From an uncultured Methanosarcinales archaeon (GTDB taxonomy: Archaea > Nanobdellota > Nanobdellia > Woesearchaeales > B54-G15), in the NCBI GenBank assembly GCA_964519225.1, contig CAZFJK010000006.1, positions 1 to 41,544 on the forward strand: 41,544 bases of DNA. The letters are read 5' to 3'. The position numbers and the translations under genes were made by a program. Below, piece by piece: positions 18,921-31,644 of the stretch. The first letter of the stretch is position 1. Each line of letters opens with the position of its first letter. The notes below the pieces were generated by a model. That model had not been told where the DNA came from, did not search any database, and worked only from the letters and a program-made list of their open reading frames with translations.

Positions 18921-19916
18921 TTATCGCCAAATCACTTCAACCTGATCTGTTCTCCAGTAAGGCTTTATATCTATGGCTTCAGGGTCATCGGATTTACCTG
19001 CTTTATGCTCGAGGATTCCTTGCCATGCAATCATTGCTGCATTATCTACAAGCAAAGAATTTGGAGGAATAAAACATTTCGCTTTTCTTGCTTTGCACAT
19101 TTTTATTGCCATTTCCTGCAGGCGTTTATTGCAACAGACACCGCCGCCGAGGAGAAGTTCATCTTTATCGCAATGAGCCATAGCCCTTTCTGCTGTTTCT
19201 ATAAGCATGGCAAAGACTGTTTCCTGTGCTGAATAGGCAAGATCTTCTTTACTGTATTTTCCTGATGCGATTTTTTGCTTGAGGTTTGTTAAGATTCCGC
19301 CGAGGGTTATGTCCATTCCTTTAACGCAGTAAGGCAAGGGAATGTATTGCTTTCCTTTTTTCGCAAGCTCTTCTATTTTCGGCCCTCCAGGAAATCCTAT
19401 GCCAAGAGCCCTTGCAAACTGGTCAAGAAAGTTTCCCACGCCGATGTCAAGGGTTTCTCCAAAAATTCTATACTTGCCGCCTTCATAAGCAATGACTTGA
19501 GTGTTGACTCCTGAAACATAAAGTAACACAGGATCTGTTGATGCAGTAACAAGGTTTCCTATCTCTAGGTGGGCTATGCAATGATTTACGCCAACTAAAG
19601 GAACAGAAAGTTTTTTTGCGAGTTCTTTTGCATAGCGCATTCCAACAAGTAAGGCCGGAGCTAAGCCAGGACCTTGGCTAACGCTGATGAGGTTTATCTG
19701 ATTTAGATGGATGCTTGCTTTTTCAAGCGCTGATTTAAGAACTTGATCTTTCCATTGTTCATGATGTTTTGCTACTTCATTTGGAATCATACCGCCTTTT
19801 TCTGTTGTAAAGACATGTTTTTCGTTTGAGAGAATTTCTCCTGAAAAGCTCACTACTGAAATGCCGAAAGTATGGGCTGTTGTTTCTATGCCTAGACAAA
19901 ATTTCTGCTCTCGCAT
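18921..19916 (-). CDS. kae1: tRNA t6A37 threonylcarbamoyltransferase Kae1 (not fused to Bud32)
   Basis: LGIETTAHTFG, GPGL, VNHCIAH, GETLDIG, PGGP, DNAAMIA, RTDQVEVIWR. Confidence 0.96.
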   Translation of the reverse strand: MREQKFCLGIETTAHTFGISVVSFSGEILSNEKHVFTTEKGGMIPNEVAKHHEQWKDQVLKSALEKASIHLNQINLISVSQGPGLAPALLVGMRYAKELAKKLSVPLVGVNHCIAHLEIGNLVTASTDPVLLYVSGVNTQVIAYEGGKYRIFGETLDIGVGNFLDQFARALGIGFPGGPKIEELAKKGKQYIPLPYCVKGMDITLGGILTNLKQKIASGKYSKEDLAYSAQETVFAMLIETAERAMAHCDKDELLLGGGVCCNKRLQEMAIKMCKARKAKCFIPPNSLLVDNAAMIAWQGILEHKAGKSDDPEAIDIKPYWRTDQVEVIWR

Positions 19917-19939
19917 AGGTTTTTGTTTCTACTTTTCTA

Positions 19940-20272
19940 TTAAAGCTTTTCGACGAAATATCTTAAGAAATATCCATTACGTTCACTGGGTGAGAAGTAG
20001 GTTCTGTAAGTTGTTCCTGGAATAAAATCTTTGAATAGGACTCTGCCTAGTTTTTGTTCTTGCATTGCATTTGTAAGTGCTGGATTATCGCCTTTAAAAT
20101 GGTTATGCAGCACTTCATCATAGCTTACGAGTTCAAAAGCTCCTTGCTCGATTAATCTTTCAAGTTCTGTTTCTGGAATTCTTGAACGATAACCCATTAA
20201 TTTCAAATCAAAAGATGTTACATAAGAAAAGCCTCTTTCAGAGAGAATTTGAATAGCTTTTGAAATCGTCAT
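19940..20272 (-). CDS. Hypothetical protein
   Basis: ATG 20272 (MTISKA) preferred; the track extension overlaps the 23S 3' end. Confidence 0.5.
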   Translation of the reverse strand: MTISKAIQILSERGFSYVTSFDLKLMGYRSRIPETELERLIEQGAFELVSYDEVLHNHFKGDNPALTNAMQEQKLGRVLFKDFIPGTTYRTYFSPSERNGYFLRYFVEKL

Positions 20273-20322
20273 GTATTTTTGTTTGGTTTTCCATTTTCTG
20301 AAATTTTTTAAGAAAAAGAAAA

Positions 20323-23289
<2,967 letters not shown>

Positions 23290-23370
23290 CTCATCAACAT
23301 AATGTCTTGGCCCTTTGTCCAGGATTGTAAAATCCTGAACTGCACCTAAAGTGAAAGACTGATATGAATA

Positions 23371-23488
23371 TGGACCCGTCGGGATTTTCGTAGAGCTTTC
23401 GAACCCGAGGCCTCCGCCTGTCCTGTCTAGGCGAGCAAAGGCTCGCAAATTGCAAGGGCGACGCTCTACCAGGCTGAGCTACGGGCCC
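23371..23488 (-). tRNA. tRNA-Ala(UGC) in the 16S-23S spacer, with introns at 37/38 (23420-23450) and 59/60 (23385-23397)
   Basis: Removing 31 and 13 nt gives GGGCCCGTAGCTCAGCCTGGTAGAGCGTCGCCCTTGCAAGGCGGAGGCCTCGGGTTCGAATCCCGACGGGTCCA with a G3-U70 pair. Confidence 0.92.
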
Positions 23489-23503
23489 ATATTTGAGTAT
23501 GAA

Positions 23504-25084
<1,581 letters not shown>

Positions 25085-25210
25085 CTTGTCTAACCTTGTG
25101 GTTAGACAAACACTAAACATTAGAGATTTGGAGGCGATTTTTTAAGAATTCGAAGCAAACGCTTCTACTATATCATAACGATATAGTATTCCTGCGTGAA
25201 AACGAACTCA

Positions 25211-25225
25211 TATTTAAACTTTACG
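25211..25225 (-). promoter_or_regulatory. Probable rRNA operon promoter (BRE plus TATA)
   Basis: Minus strand reads CGTAAAG-TTTAAATA upstream of the 16S leader. Confidence 0.55.
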
Positions 25226-25382
25226 TTAATTTTTGATTAATTTTTAGTCGAGAAATCTACGGAAATTGAGAGAAAATTTAAATTTTATTTGAAAAACCAA
25301 AAACAAGCAACAGATGGCAAAAAAGGATTTTACTTCAGAAAATATTGTTCTCTACTTCATCTTTATCTTTAGAAAACTTTTT

Positions 25383-25406
25383 AAAATTTAACGATTGTTA
25401 AATTTT
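25383..25406. promoter_or_regulatory. Perfect palindrome AAAATTTAAC-GATT-GTTAAATTTT, candidate operator of the HTH-iscSU operon
   Basis: 10-bp arms overlapping the end of TTTTTAAA (25378-25385) and ending 2 nt before ATG 25409. Confidence 0.65.
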
Positions 25407-25408
25407 TC

Positions 25409-25789
25409 ATGATAAAACTGCCTTGTGAAGTGATGATCTGGGAATTCCTGCCTGCATTGAGACGGGAATTAGTTAGGGCTCTGCTTAAAGAAGGCGTTTC
25501 GCGAAAGGAAATTGCTTCAATGCTTGGAATAACTGATTCTGCAATCAGCCAATACTTGAAGAGAAAAAGAGGAATGCATTTTAGATTTGATGCTGACATA
25601 AAGCAAAAAATTCAACAGATTGCGAGATGCCTGAAAAATACATCTGCAAGGGATAGGAGTGCTAGGCTTATAGCTGAAATCTGCAAGTTTTGTTTGATGT
25701 TGAAGCGGAAAAAAGTGTTATGTTCTTTATGCTTAAAACAAAATCCTGAACTTAATAAAAATTGTAATGCGGCGAGGTATATAAAATGA
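25409..25789 (+). CDS. Archaeal HTH transcriptional regulator (COG2522-like) with Cys-rich C-terminus
   Basis: LPCE..LPALR..L, SRKEIASMLGITDSAISQYLKRKRG, CKFC and CSLC. Confidence 0.85.
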   Translation: MIKLPCEVMIWEFLPALRRELVRALLKEGVSRKEIASMLGITDSAISQYLKRKRGMHFRFDADIKQKIQQIARCLKNTSARDRSARLIAEICKFCLMLKRKKVLCSLCLKQNPELNKNCNAARYIK

Positions 25790-26937
25790 AAAGAATCTAT
25801 TTAGATAATGCTGCAACCACGCCTGTTGCAAAAGAAGTTCTTGAAGCAATGATGCCTTATTTTAGGGAAAGGTTTGGAAATGCATCGAGCTTGCATAGCT
25901 TTGGCAGAGAAGCAAGAGATGCTGTTGAAAATAGCAGGGAAAAGATTTGTAAAAAGCTGAATGCAAAAGAGCATAAAATAATCTTTACAAGCAGCGGAAC
26001 AGAAGCAAACAATCTTGCATTGAAAGGTGTTGCTTTTGCAAACAGAGAAAGAGGAAAGCATATCATAACTACGAAGATCGAACATGACTGTGTTTTGAAT
26101 GCATGCAAATGGCTTGAAAAAAATGGATTTGAGGTTACATATCTTAATGTTGACAAAGAAGGTTTTGTAGATTTGAATGAACTTGAAAACGCAATAAGGG
26201 ATGATACGATTATTGTTTCTATCATGCATGGGAATAATGAGATTGGAACAATAGCTGATTTGAAAGTAGTAGGAGAGATTTGCAGGGCAAAAGGAGTTTA
26301 TTTTCATAGCGATGCTTGTCAAAGTTTTTGCAAGGTTCCTATTGATTTAAAGCAACTGCCGGTGGATTTATTGACGATAAATGCGCATAAGATTTATGGT
26401 CCAAAAGGTGTTGGTGCATTGGTTATCAGGGAAGGAGTAAAAATTGATCCTTTGCTTCATGGTGGTGGTCATGAACTTGGATTAAGAAGCGGAACTGAAA
26501 ATGTTCCTAGTATAGTAGGATTTGCAAAAGCAATTGATGTTATAAAAGAAAAGGATGTTGAGCATATGAAAAGATTAAGGGATATGCTAATAGAAGGATT
26601 TTCAATAATAGAGGAAAGCTGGTTGAACGGTCCTAGAGGAGAAAAAAGACTGTGCAACAATGTTAATTTCACTTTTAGGTTTATCGAAGGAGAATCCCTG
26701 TTGCTTTATCTTGATTCAAAAGGTATAGCAGCATCGACTGGATCTGCTTGTTCAACTCGAGCTATTGAGCCGAGTCATGTATTAACAGCAATTGGTTTAA
26801 GTCCTGCTGATGCCCATGGAAGCCTTAGATTTTCAGTAGGAAAGGATAATACTGAAGAGGAAATTAAATACGTAATAGATGTTGTTAAAGAAGGTGTTGA
26901 AAGTTTAAGAAAGATCAGTCCTTTGGCTAAAAAATGA
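25786..26937 (+). CDS. iscS: Cysteine desulfurase, NifS/IscS type
   Basis: YLDNAATTP, NNEIGT, HSDACQ, AHKIYGPKG, RSGTENV, STGSAC. Confidence 0.95.
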   Translation: MKRIYLDNAATTPVAKEVLEAMMPYFRERFGNASSLHSFGREARDAVENSREKICKKLNAKEHKIIFTSSGTEANNLALKGVAFANRERGKHIITTKIEHDCVLNACKWLEKNGFEVTYLNVDKEGFVDLNELENAIRDDTIIVSIMHGNNEIGTIADLKVVGEICRAKGVYFHSDACQSFCKVPIDLKQLPVDLLTINAHKIYGPKGVGALVIREGVKIDPLLHGGGHELGLRSGTENVPSIVGFAKAIDVIKEKDVEHMKRLRDMLIEGFSIIEESWLNGPRGEKRLCNNVNFTFRFIEGESLLLYLDSKGIAASTGSACSTRAIEPSHVLTAIGLSPADAHGSLRFSVGKDNTEEEIKYVIDVVKEGVESLRKISPLAKK

Positions 26938-27341
26938 ATGAAGGAATAAAGTATTCAAAAAAGACGATGGATTTATTTTTGCATCCAAAGAATGTAGGCG
27001 AGCTAAAGAATGCTGATGGCGTTGGAAAAGTTGGTAGTGCTGTTTGCGGAGATATAATGGTTATTTACATAAAAGTTTCCGAACAAGCAGGGAAGAGGAT
27101 TATAGAAGATACAAAGTTTAAAACGTTTGGTTGCGCTGCAGCTATTGCTTCGAGTTCGATGCTGACAGAGATGGTAAAAGGAAAAACACTTGAGGAAGCT
27201 GAGAAATTAACATGGAAAGATATTGAAAAAGCTCTTGATGGCTTGCCTTTAGTAAAAACACACTGTGCTGTGCTTGCTATTGATGCTTTAAAAGCCGCGA
27301 TAAAAGATTACAAGCAAAAGTTGAAAGGTGGAAGAGAATGA
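26934..27341 (+). CDS. iscU: Fe-S cluster scaffold IscU/NifU
   Basis: HPKNVG, VCGD, FKTFGCAAAIAS, KTHC. Confidence 0.95.
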   Translation: MNEGIKYSKKTMDLFLHPKNVGELKNADGVGKVGSAVCGDIMVIYIKVSEQAGKRIIEDTKFKTFGCAAAIASSSMLTEMVKGKTLEEAEKLTWKDIEKALDGLPLVKTHCAVLAIDALKAAIKDYKQKLKGGRE

Positions 27342-27700
27342 TTTTTTGCCTGCCCTGTCTTGCTTTGCTTATTTACTTTGGTATTGTAGGGATCTTTGTT
27401 CCGAGATATAGAAGTTATATTAAGGAAGGTTGGAAATGTTTTTGGGACAAGCTGAGAGGAAAGATCTGTTCTGTTTCTTTTGATAATAGAATGCGGATTG
27501 CGCTTAGTATGTGGTTAGCTAGGAGAGGGTTTGTAAGACTTGGAAGATTTTTTCACAATGAAAAAAATTTCAACATTGTTTTGACTGTAACAGTTATTGT
27601 ATTTACAATCGCGTCGATTTATCTTTTAGTTTTAATGATAAAATTCTTAATAGCTCCGCCATGTGCAGAAGAAGTCGGAAAATGCGTGCTTAAAATTTAG
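27338..27700 (+). CDS. Hypothetical Cys-containing membrane protein coupled to iscU
   Basis: ATGA overlap with iscU; N-terminal CLPC; two hydrophobic segments. Confidence 0.65.
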   Translation: MIFCLPCLALLIYFGIVGIFVPRYRSYIKEGWKCFWDKLRGKICSVSFDNRMRIALSMWLARRGFVRLGRFFHNEKNFNIVLTVTVIVFTIASIYLLVLMIKFLIAPPCAEEVGKCVLKI

Positions 27701-27702
27701 TT

Positions 27703-27819
27703 TTACTTAGCTCTTTGTCTTTGTTGCTTTCTTCTTCTCTTTTCTTTTTTCATCCTCTTTCTTTGCCACTTCCAGCGCATTTGCCAGCGTTTTTTCCATC
27801 GACGTGATGAGCGTTTCAT
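27703..27819 (-). CDS. rpl41e: Ribosomal protein eL41 (eS32), long archaeal form (not in ORF track)
   Basis: MKRSSRRWKKRWQMRWKWQRKRMKKEKRRRKQQRQRAK*, with the MRWKW-x-x-KR core. Confidence 0.85.
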   Translation of the reverse strand: MKRSSRRWKKRWQMRWKWQRKRMKKEKRRRKQQRQRAK

Positions 27820-27862
27820 TGTTTCTGGCTTTTTTGGGGGAAGTATAAAAATTTTTTGAAAT

Positions 27863-27952
27863 TGTAAAGTAAACTTATTAAGTAAACAGTTGATAAGGGA
27901 TTGCTTTTATACCTTGGTGGAATCTTTCTTTATTAAACCATTCTTGAAACTC
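27863..27952 (-). mobile_element. Remnant right end of an IS481/IS3-like element
   Basis: Minus-strand peptide EFQEWFNKERFHQGIKAIPYQLFT* resembles the integrase-core C-terminal motif (Y/F)N-x2-R-x-H, followed by a terminus ending ACA (TGT at 27863 on plus). Confidence 0.5.
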
Positions 27953-28042
27953 TCATATCAAGAAGGAGATTCAATGTCTTAATGCGCTAATCAAATCACA
28001 GAATCAAAAATAATTTCATTCAATTTTATCCTTCCTTAATCC

Positions 28043-28273
28043 TCACAAAAATTTGGAAAACTCTTCTTCGTCAACTTTAGCTAGTTTTAGAATTCCCTTT
28101 AATGTACCTATTTTGAGTTCTTTATGAAGAGGAACAACAGTCCCAACTTTACCTTCTTTTGTCGTTCTAACAAGCCTAACATGAGAACCCCTTCGTCCGC
28201 TTATCTCAAACCCTAATTTGTTGCATGATATTTTCACAACGGCCTCTCCAGAGATTTTTCTAAGTCTTGGCAC
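28043..28273 (-). CDS. hicA: HicA family toxin
   Basis: GFEISGRRGSHVRL, VPLHKELKIGTLKGILK; GTG start after GAGGTGG. Confidence 0.88.
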   Translation of the reverse strand: MPRLRKISGEAVVKISCNKLGFEISGRRGSHVRLVRTTKEGKVGTVVPLHKELKIGTLKGILKLAKVDEEEFSKFL

Positions 28274-28472
28274 TAATAGCCACCTCAAACGTGGTTAACC
28301 AAGTTCTTCTCTTTTCTTCCAGAGGAAATTCTTCTAAATAAAGTTCAGTTGCTTCTTTTAAGTTTCCTATTGCTTCTTCAATAGTCCGTCCTTGACTAAC
28401 TGTTCCCACCTCAGGACATTCTGCTACATACATATCTTCTTCTTTATGAATAACAGCGGTGAATGTTCCCAT
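28260..28472 (-). CDS. hicB: HicB family antitoxin (short form, no DNA-binding domain)
   Basis: YVAECPEVGTVSQGRTIEEAIGNLKEATELYLE; AGGTGG before ATG 28472. Confidence 0.9.
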   Translation of the reverse strand: MGTFTAVIHKEEDMYVAECPEVGTVSQGRTIEEAIGNLKEATELYLEEFPLEEKRRTWLTTFEVAISAKT

Positions 28473-28534
28473 CAATACCACCTAAACAATCGGAATACTT
28501 TTAGGTATTTAAAATTTCGCTCATTTAATTTTAA

Positions 28535-28658
28535 TGCCCCGGGCGGGACTTTCATAACCTTTTCCGTTAACGCTTTGCGCGTAACGGAAAGGGTTAATTT
28601 GAACCCGCGTCCCAGCCTCGAAAGGGCTGGATGATTGTCCGGGCTACACCACCGGGGC
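28535..28658 (-). tRNA. tRNA-Glu(UUC) with a 49-nt T-loop intron at 59/60 (28549-28597)
   Basis: Anticodon arm CAGCC-CTTTCGA-GGCTG; intron removal restores TTCAAAT and a 75-nt cloverleaf; strict BHB. Confidence 0.92.
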
Positions 28659-28726
28659 TTTTCAAAGAAACAATACGCTGGATTTTAAAAATTATCGGTT
28701 GGTTTAAAGTCAAAGAAGAAAAATGA

Positions 28727-28879
28727 TGGGCCCGCGGGGATTTGAACCCCGGACCTCCGGTTAGCCTAGAGTTCTTGGATTTTTGTTGATTGTATCCAAG
28801 AACCTCATATAAGACTTGCGCGCCTGAAAGATATCATCTCCACAGGCACGGCGCTCTAACCGGACTAAGCTACGGGCCC
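28727..28879 (-). tRNA. tRNA-Ile(UAU) with introns at 29/30 (28816-28848) and 37/38 (28763-28807)
   Basis: Spliced 75-nt sequence GGGCCCGTAGCTTAGTCCGGTTAGAGCGCCGGTCTTATAAACCGGAGGTCCGGGGTTCAAATCCCCGCGGGCCCA; anticodon at 28809-28811. Confidence 0.88.
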
Positions 28880-28950
28880 GGCTGGATTTTTTCATCATTT
28901 TAAGCAAAGTGAATATTTTTGATTTAAATTTTTATCTTTAACTGCTGGAA

Positions 28951-29021
28951 TGCGGCGGCCGGGATTCGAACCCGGGTCTCAGCCGTGGCAGGGCTGAATT
29001 ATACCACTAAACCACCGCCGC
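28951..29021 (-). tRNA. tRNA-Gly(GCC), no intron
   Basis: GCGGCGG acceptor stem, CAGCC-CTGCCAC-GGCTG, GGTTCGAATCC. Confidence 0.95.
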
Positions 29022-29044
29022 ATTTGCTTGAGCTGATGTGCTGA

Positions 29045-29117
29045 TGGGCCCGGCCGGAATCGAACCGGCGACCTCCGCCTTGTAAGGGCGACGTCATAGC
29101 CACTAGACTACGGGCCC
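29045..29117 (-). tRNA. tRNA-Val(UAC), no intron
   Basis: GGGCCCG acceptor stem, TCGCC-CTTACAA-GGCGG, GGTTCGATTCC. Confidence 0.95.
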
Positions 29118-29199
29118 AGTCTGGTGAGAGAATTCTAATGTTTTTATTTAAACTTTTTCATAGGAACATTTTTATTCTCTTTTTGTTTTGTTAAGGTGT

Positions 29200-29958
29200 A
29201 TGAGTAAAGCGCAGCAAGAACTGATCAACCTAATCTTTGATAGAGATGATATAAGTTGGCAAAGCATGCTGTATGAGCTTGTCAGAACAGAGAAGATGAA
29301 TCCTTGGGATATAGATATAGCTATTCTTACAAACAGATTTTTTGAACTAATTAAAACATTAAAAGAAATGGATTTCAGGATAAGTGGAAAAGTATTGCTT
29401 GCTGCTGCTATTCTGCTCAAGCTAAAATCTGTTTATTTGATAAAAAAAGATATAGAGGAGTTTGATAGTCTATTCGCTGAGCCAGAAGAAGAGGCATTAT
29501 TCGAAGATGATTATAATGCTGTTTCAGCAGAAAGAGAACGCTACAAAGGATTACCTCTACCACCAAGATTGCCACAGCTAAGAAAAAGAAAAGTAAGTAT
29601 TTATGAGCTGATTGATGCATTGCAAAAAGCAATGGAAGTAAAGCGAAGAAGAATTCTTAGGGAGCTGCCTCCTGCAGAAATGCCGGTTCCAAAGAAAAGC
29701 TTTAATGTTACTGATGCAATAAAAAAACTATACGAAAAGATTGTTTCATTTTTTAGACTTGGAAGAAAAATAACGTTCTCGGTTCTTTGCCCGTCAAAAG
29801 AAAAAGAAGACAAAGTATATACATTTATTCCATTGCTTCATTTAGCTAATCAAAGGAAGATTGACATTGAGCAGAAAGAGCATTTTGGCGAAATTGAAAT
29901 CTATCTCAGATCTGCAAAAGCGCTTGGCGAAAGGGCGCTAAAGGAACAAACTTTTTAA
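29200..29958 (+). CDS. scpA: Segregation/condensation protein A (kleisin)
   Basis: MNPWDIDI, SGKVLLAAAILLKLKS, VSIYELIDAL, FIPLLHL, QKEHFGEI; AAGGTG before ATG 29200. Confidence 0.9.
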   Translation: MSKAQQELINLIFDRDDISWQSMLYELVRTEKMNPWDIDIAILTNRFFELIKTLKEMDFRISGKVLLAAAILLKLKSVYLIKKDIEEFDSLFAEPEEEALFEDDYNAVSAERERYKGLPLPPRLPQLRKRKVSIYELIDALQKAMEVKRRRILRELPPAEMPVPKKSFNVTDAIKKLYEKIVSFFRLGRKITFSVLCPSKEKEDKVYTFIPLLHLANQRKIDIEQKEHFGEIEIYLRSAKALGERALKEQTF

Positions 29959-29982
29959 ACAAACAGGTTGTTGTCTTGGAAT

Positions 29983-30411
29983 ATGGCAAGAGAAAAAGAA
30001 AAAGCAAAGAAAGAACTTCAGGAGAAATACATAGAATTGCAATTATTAAATCAGCATGCTCAGGAAATCCAAAAACAAATGCAAGTAGTTGAAATGCAGC
30101 TTACAAAACTGCTTTCAGCAAAAGAAGCTGTTAGCGGACTCGGGAATACAAAGATAGGAAGCGAGCTATATGTTCAACTTGCTCCTGGAATTTTTGTTAA
30201 AGGTGAGTTGAAGGAAAATAAAGAAGTTCAGGTAAGTGTCGGCGGCAATGTCGTTGTGCCAAAATCCATAAGCGAAGCAAAAGAACTTATTGATAGACAA
30301 ATAAGGGAATTAGAAAAATTTCAGGAACAGCTAAATGCAGAATTGCAAGCAACGGCACAGAAAGCAGTTGAAGTTGAAAAAGCTGTGGAAGCTCTTTCTA
30401 AAAATGTTTAG
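29983..30411 (+). CDS. pfdA: Prefoldin subunit alpha
   Basis: Coiled coils flanking ELYVQLAPGIFVKG..VQVSVGGNVVVPK. Confidence 0.88.
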   Translation: MAREKEKAKKELQEKYIELQLLNQHAQEIQKQMQVVEMQLTKLLSAKEAVSGLGNTKIGSELYVQLAPGIFVKGELKENKEVQVSVGGNVVVPKSISEAKELIDRQIRELEKFQEQLNAELQATAQKAVEVEKAVEALSKNV

Positions 30412-31384
30412 GTTTTTCAAAGAAAAACTCAGGAAAGCGCTTGGCAGGATAAGTGAAAAGGTTGAAGAGCCGAGCGAAGAAGAGAGAAAGGAAAAAGAAG
30501 CAAAGCGAGGAATAATAGAAAAGATAAAAGCAAAGATTACAAAGAAAAAAATAAGTGAAGAATTATTTGAACGCTTATTTTGGGATTTAGAACTTTCTCT
30601 TCTTGAAAACAATACGGCTGTTGAAGTTATTCAAGAGCTTAAGGAAAAGCTGCGAAAGGAATTGGTTGGGCGTGAAGTAAGCAGGAGTGAACTAAAAAAC
30701 ATAATTCTTAGCACACTGAAGGATGAAATAAGTTCTGTTATAAAAGGTATTGACTTGGTTGAACTAGTAAAAGAAAAGCTAAGGAAGAAAAAACCATGCG
30801 TGGTTTGTTTCTTTGGCGTTAATGGCAGTGGAAAAACAACAACGATAGCTAAAATAGCGCACTTGCTAAAGAAAAACGGATTAAGTGTTGTTCTTGCAGC
30901 TTCTGATACTTTTAGAGCTGCTGCTATCGATCAATTAGAGGAACATGCAAAGCGACTTGGCATTAAACTTATAAAACATCGTTATGGTGCTGATGCTGCT
31001 GCTGTGGCTTTTGATGCAATAAAACATGCTGAAGCAAAAGGCATAGATGTTGTGCTAATTGACACGGCAGGAAGAATGCACAGCGATGTAAATTTAATGG
31101 ATGAAATGAAAAAGATTGTTAGGGTTGCAAAACCTGATCTGAAAGTGTTTGTCGGTGAAAGCATAGTTGGAAATGATTGTGTTGAACAAGCAAGAAGATT
31201 CGATCAAGCTGTTGGTATTGACGCTGTTATCTTAACAAAAGCCGATGTGGATGAAAAAGGTGGTGCTATTGTTTCGATAAGCAAAGTTGTTGGAAAACCA
31301 ATAGCTTTTCTCGGTATTGGACAAGGTTATGATGATTTAGTGAAAGTTAATAAAGAATCTATACTTCGTTCTGTTGGGATTTAA
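30404..31384 (+). CDS. ftsY: SRP receptor FtsY
   Basis: GVNGSGKTTTIAK, DTFRAAA, DTAGR, TKAD, GIGQGYDDL; start moved to MFRFFKEKL. Confidence 0.95.
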   Translation: MFRFFKEKLRKALGRISEKVEEPSEEERKEKEAKRGIIEKIKAKITKKKISEELFERLFWDLELSLLENNTAVEVIQELKEKLRKELVGREVSRSELKNIILSTLKDEISSVIKGIDLVELVKEKLRKKKPCVVCFFGVNGSGKTTTIAKIAHLLKKNGLSVVLAASDTFRAAAIDQLEEHAKRLGIKLIKHRYGADAAAVAFDAIKHAEAKGIDVVLIDTAGRMHSDVNLMDEMKKIVRVAKPDLKVFVGESIVGNDCVEQARRFDQAVGIDAVILTKADVDEKGGAIVSISKVVGKPIAFLGIGQGYDDLVKVNKESILRSVGI

Positions 31385-31432
31385 TGACTAGTCTAAGAAA
31401 AATTTATTAAGAAAGAAAAGTGTCGATCTAAA

Positions 31433-31643
31433 ATGAATATAATCTTTACGCGGCATGCAGAGTAAGGCTCAAAAAGAGGGGCTTCTTAAACATGAAATTG
31501 TTGACGCTATTAAATATCCCGATAAAATCATAAAGAAACGTGGTAAATATCTCTTTAGAAAAAGATTAGAAAAAGGAACCATTGAAGTTTGTTGCGAGAA
31601 AACAGAAAGAAATATAATGATAATTACAGTTTATTGGATATAA
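31433..31643 (+). pseudogene. DUF4258-like putative toxin, frameshifted near codon 10
   Basis: MNIIFTRHAE* (31433-31465) continues in another frame as SKAQKEGLLKHEIVDAIKYPD...IITVYWI. Confidence 0.65.
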
Positions 31644-31644
31644 A

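Noticed and set aside
28392..28634. 80-aa plus-strand ORF
   Set aside because: Antisense to hicB and tRNA-Glu
28826..28841. GAT triplet in a hairpin inside tRNA-Ile intron 1, as an alternative Ile(GAU) anticodon or a C-box
   Set aside because: No splice geometry places it in a 7-nt anticodon loop, and there is no matching CUGA D box
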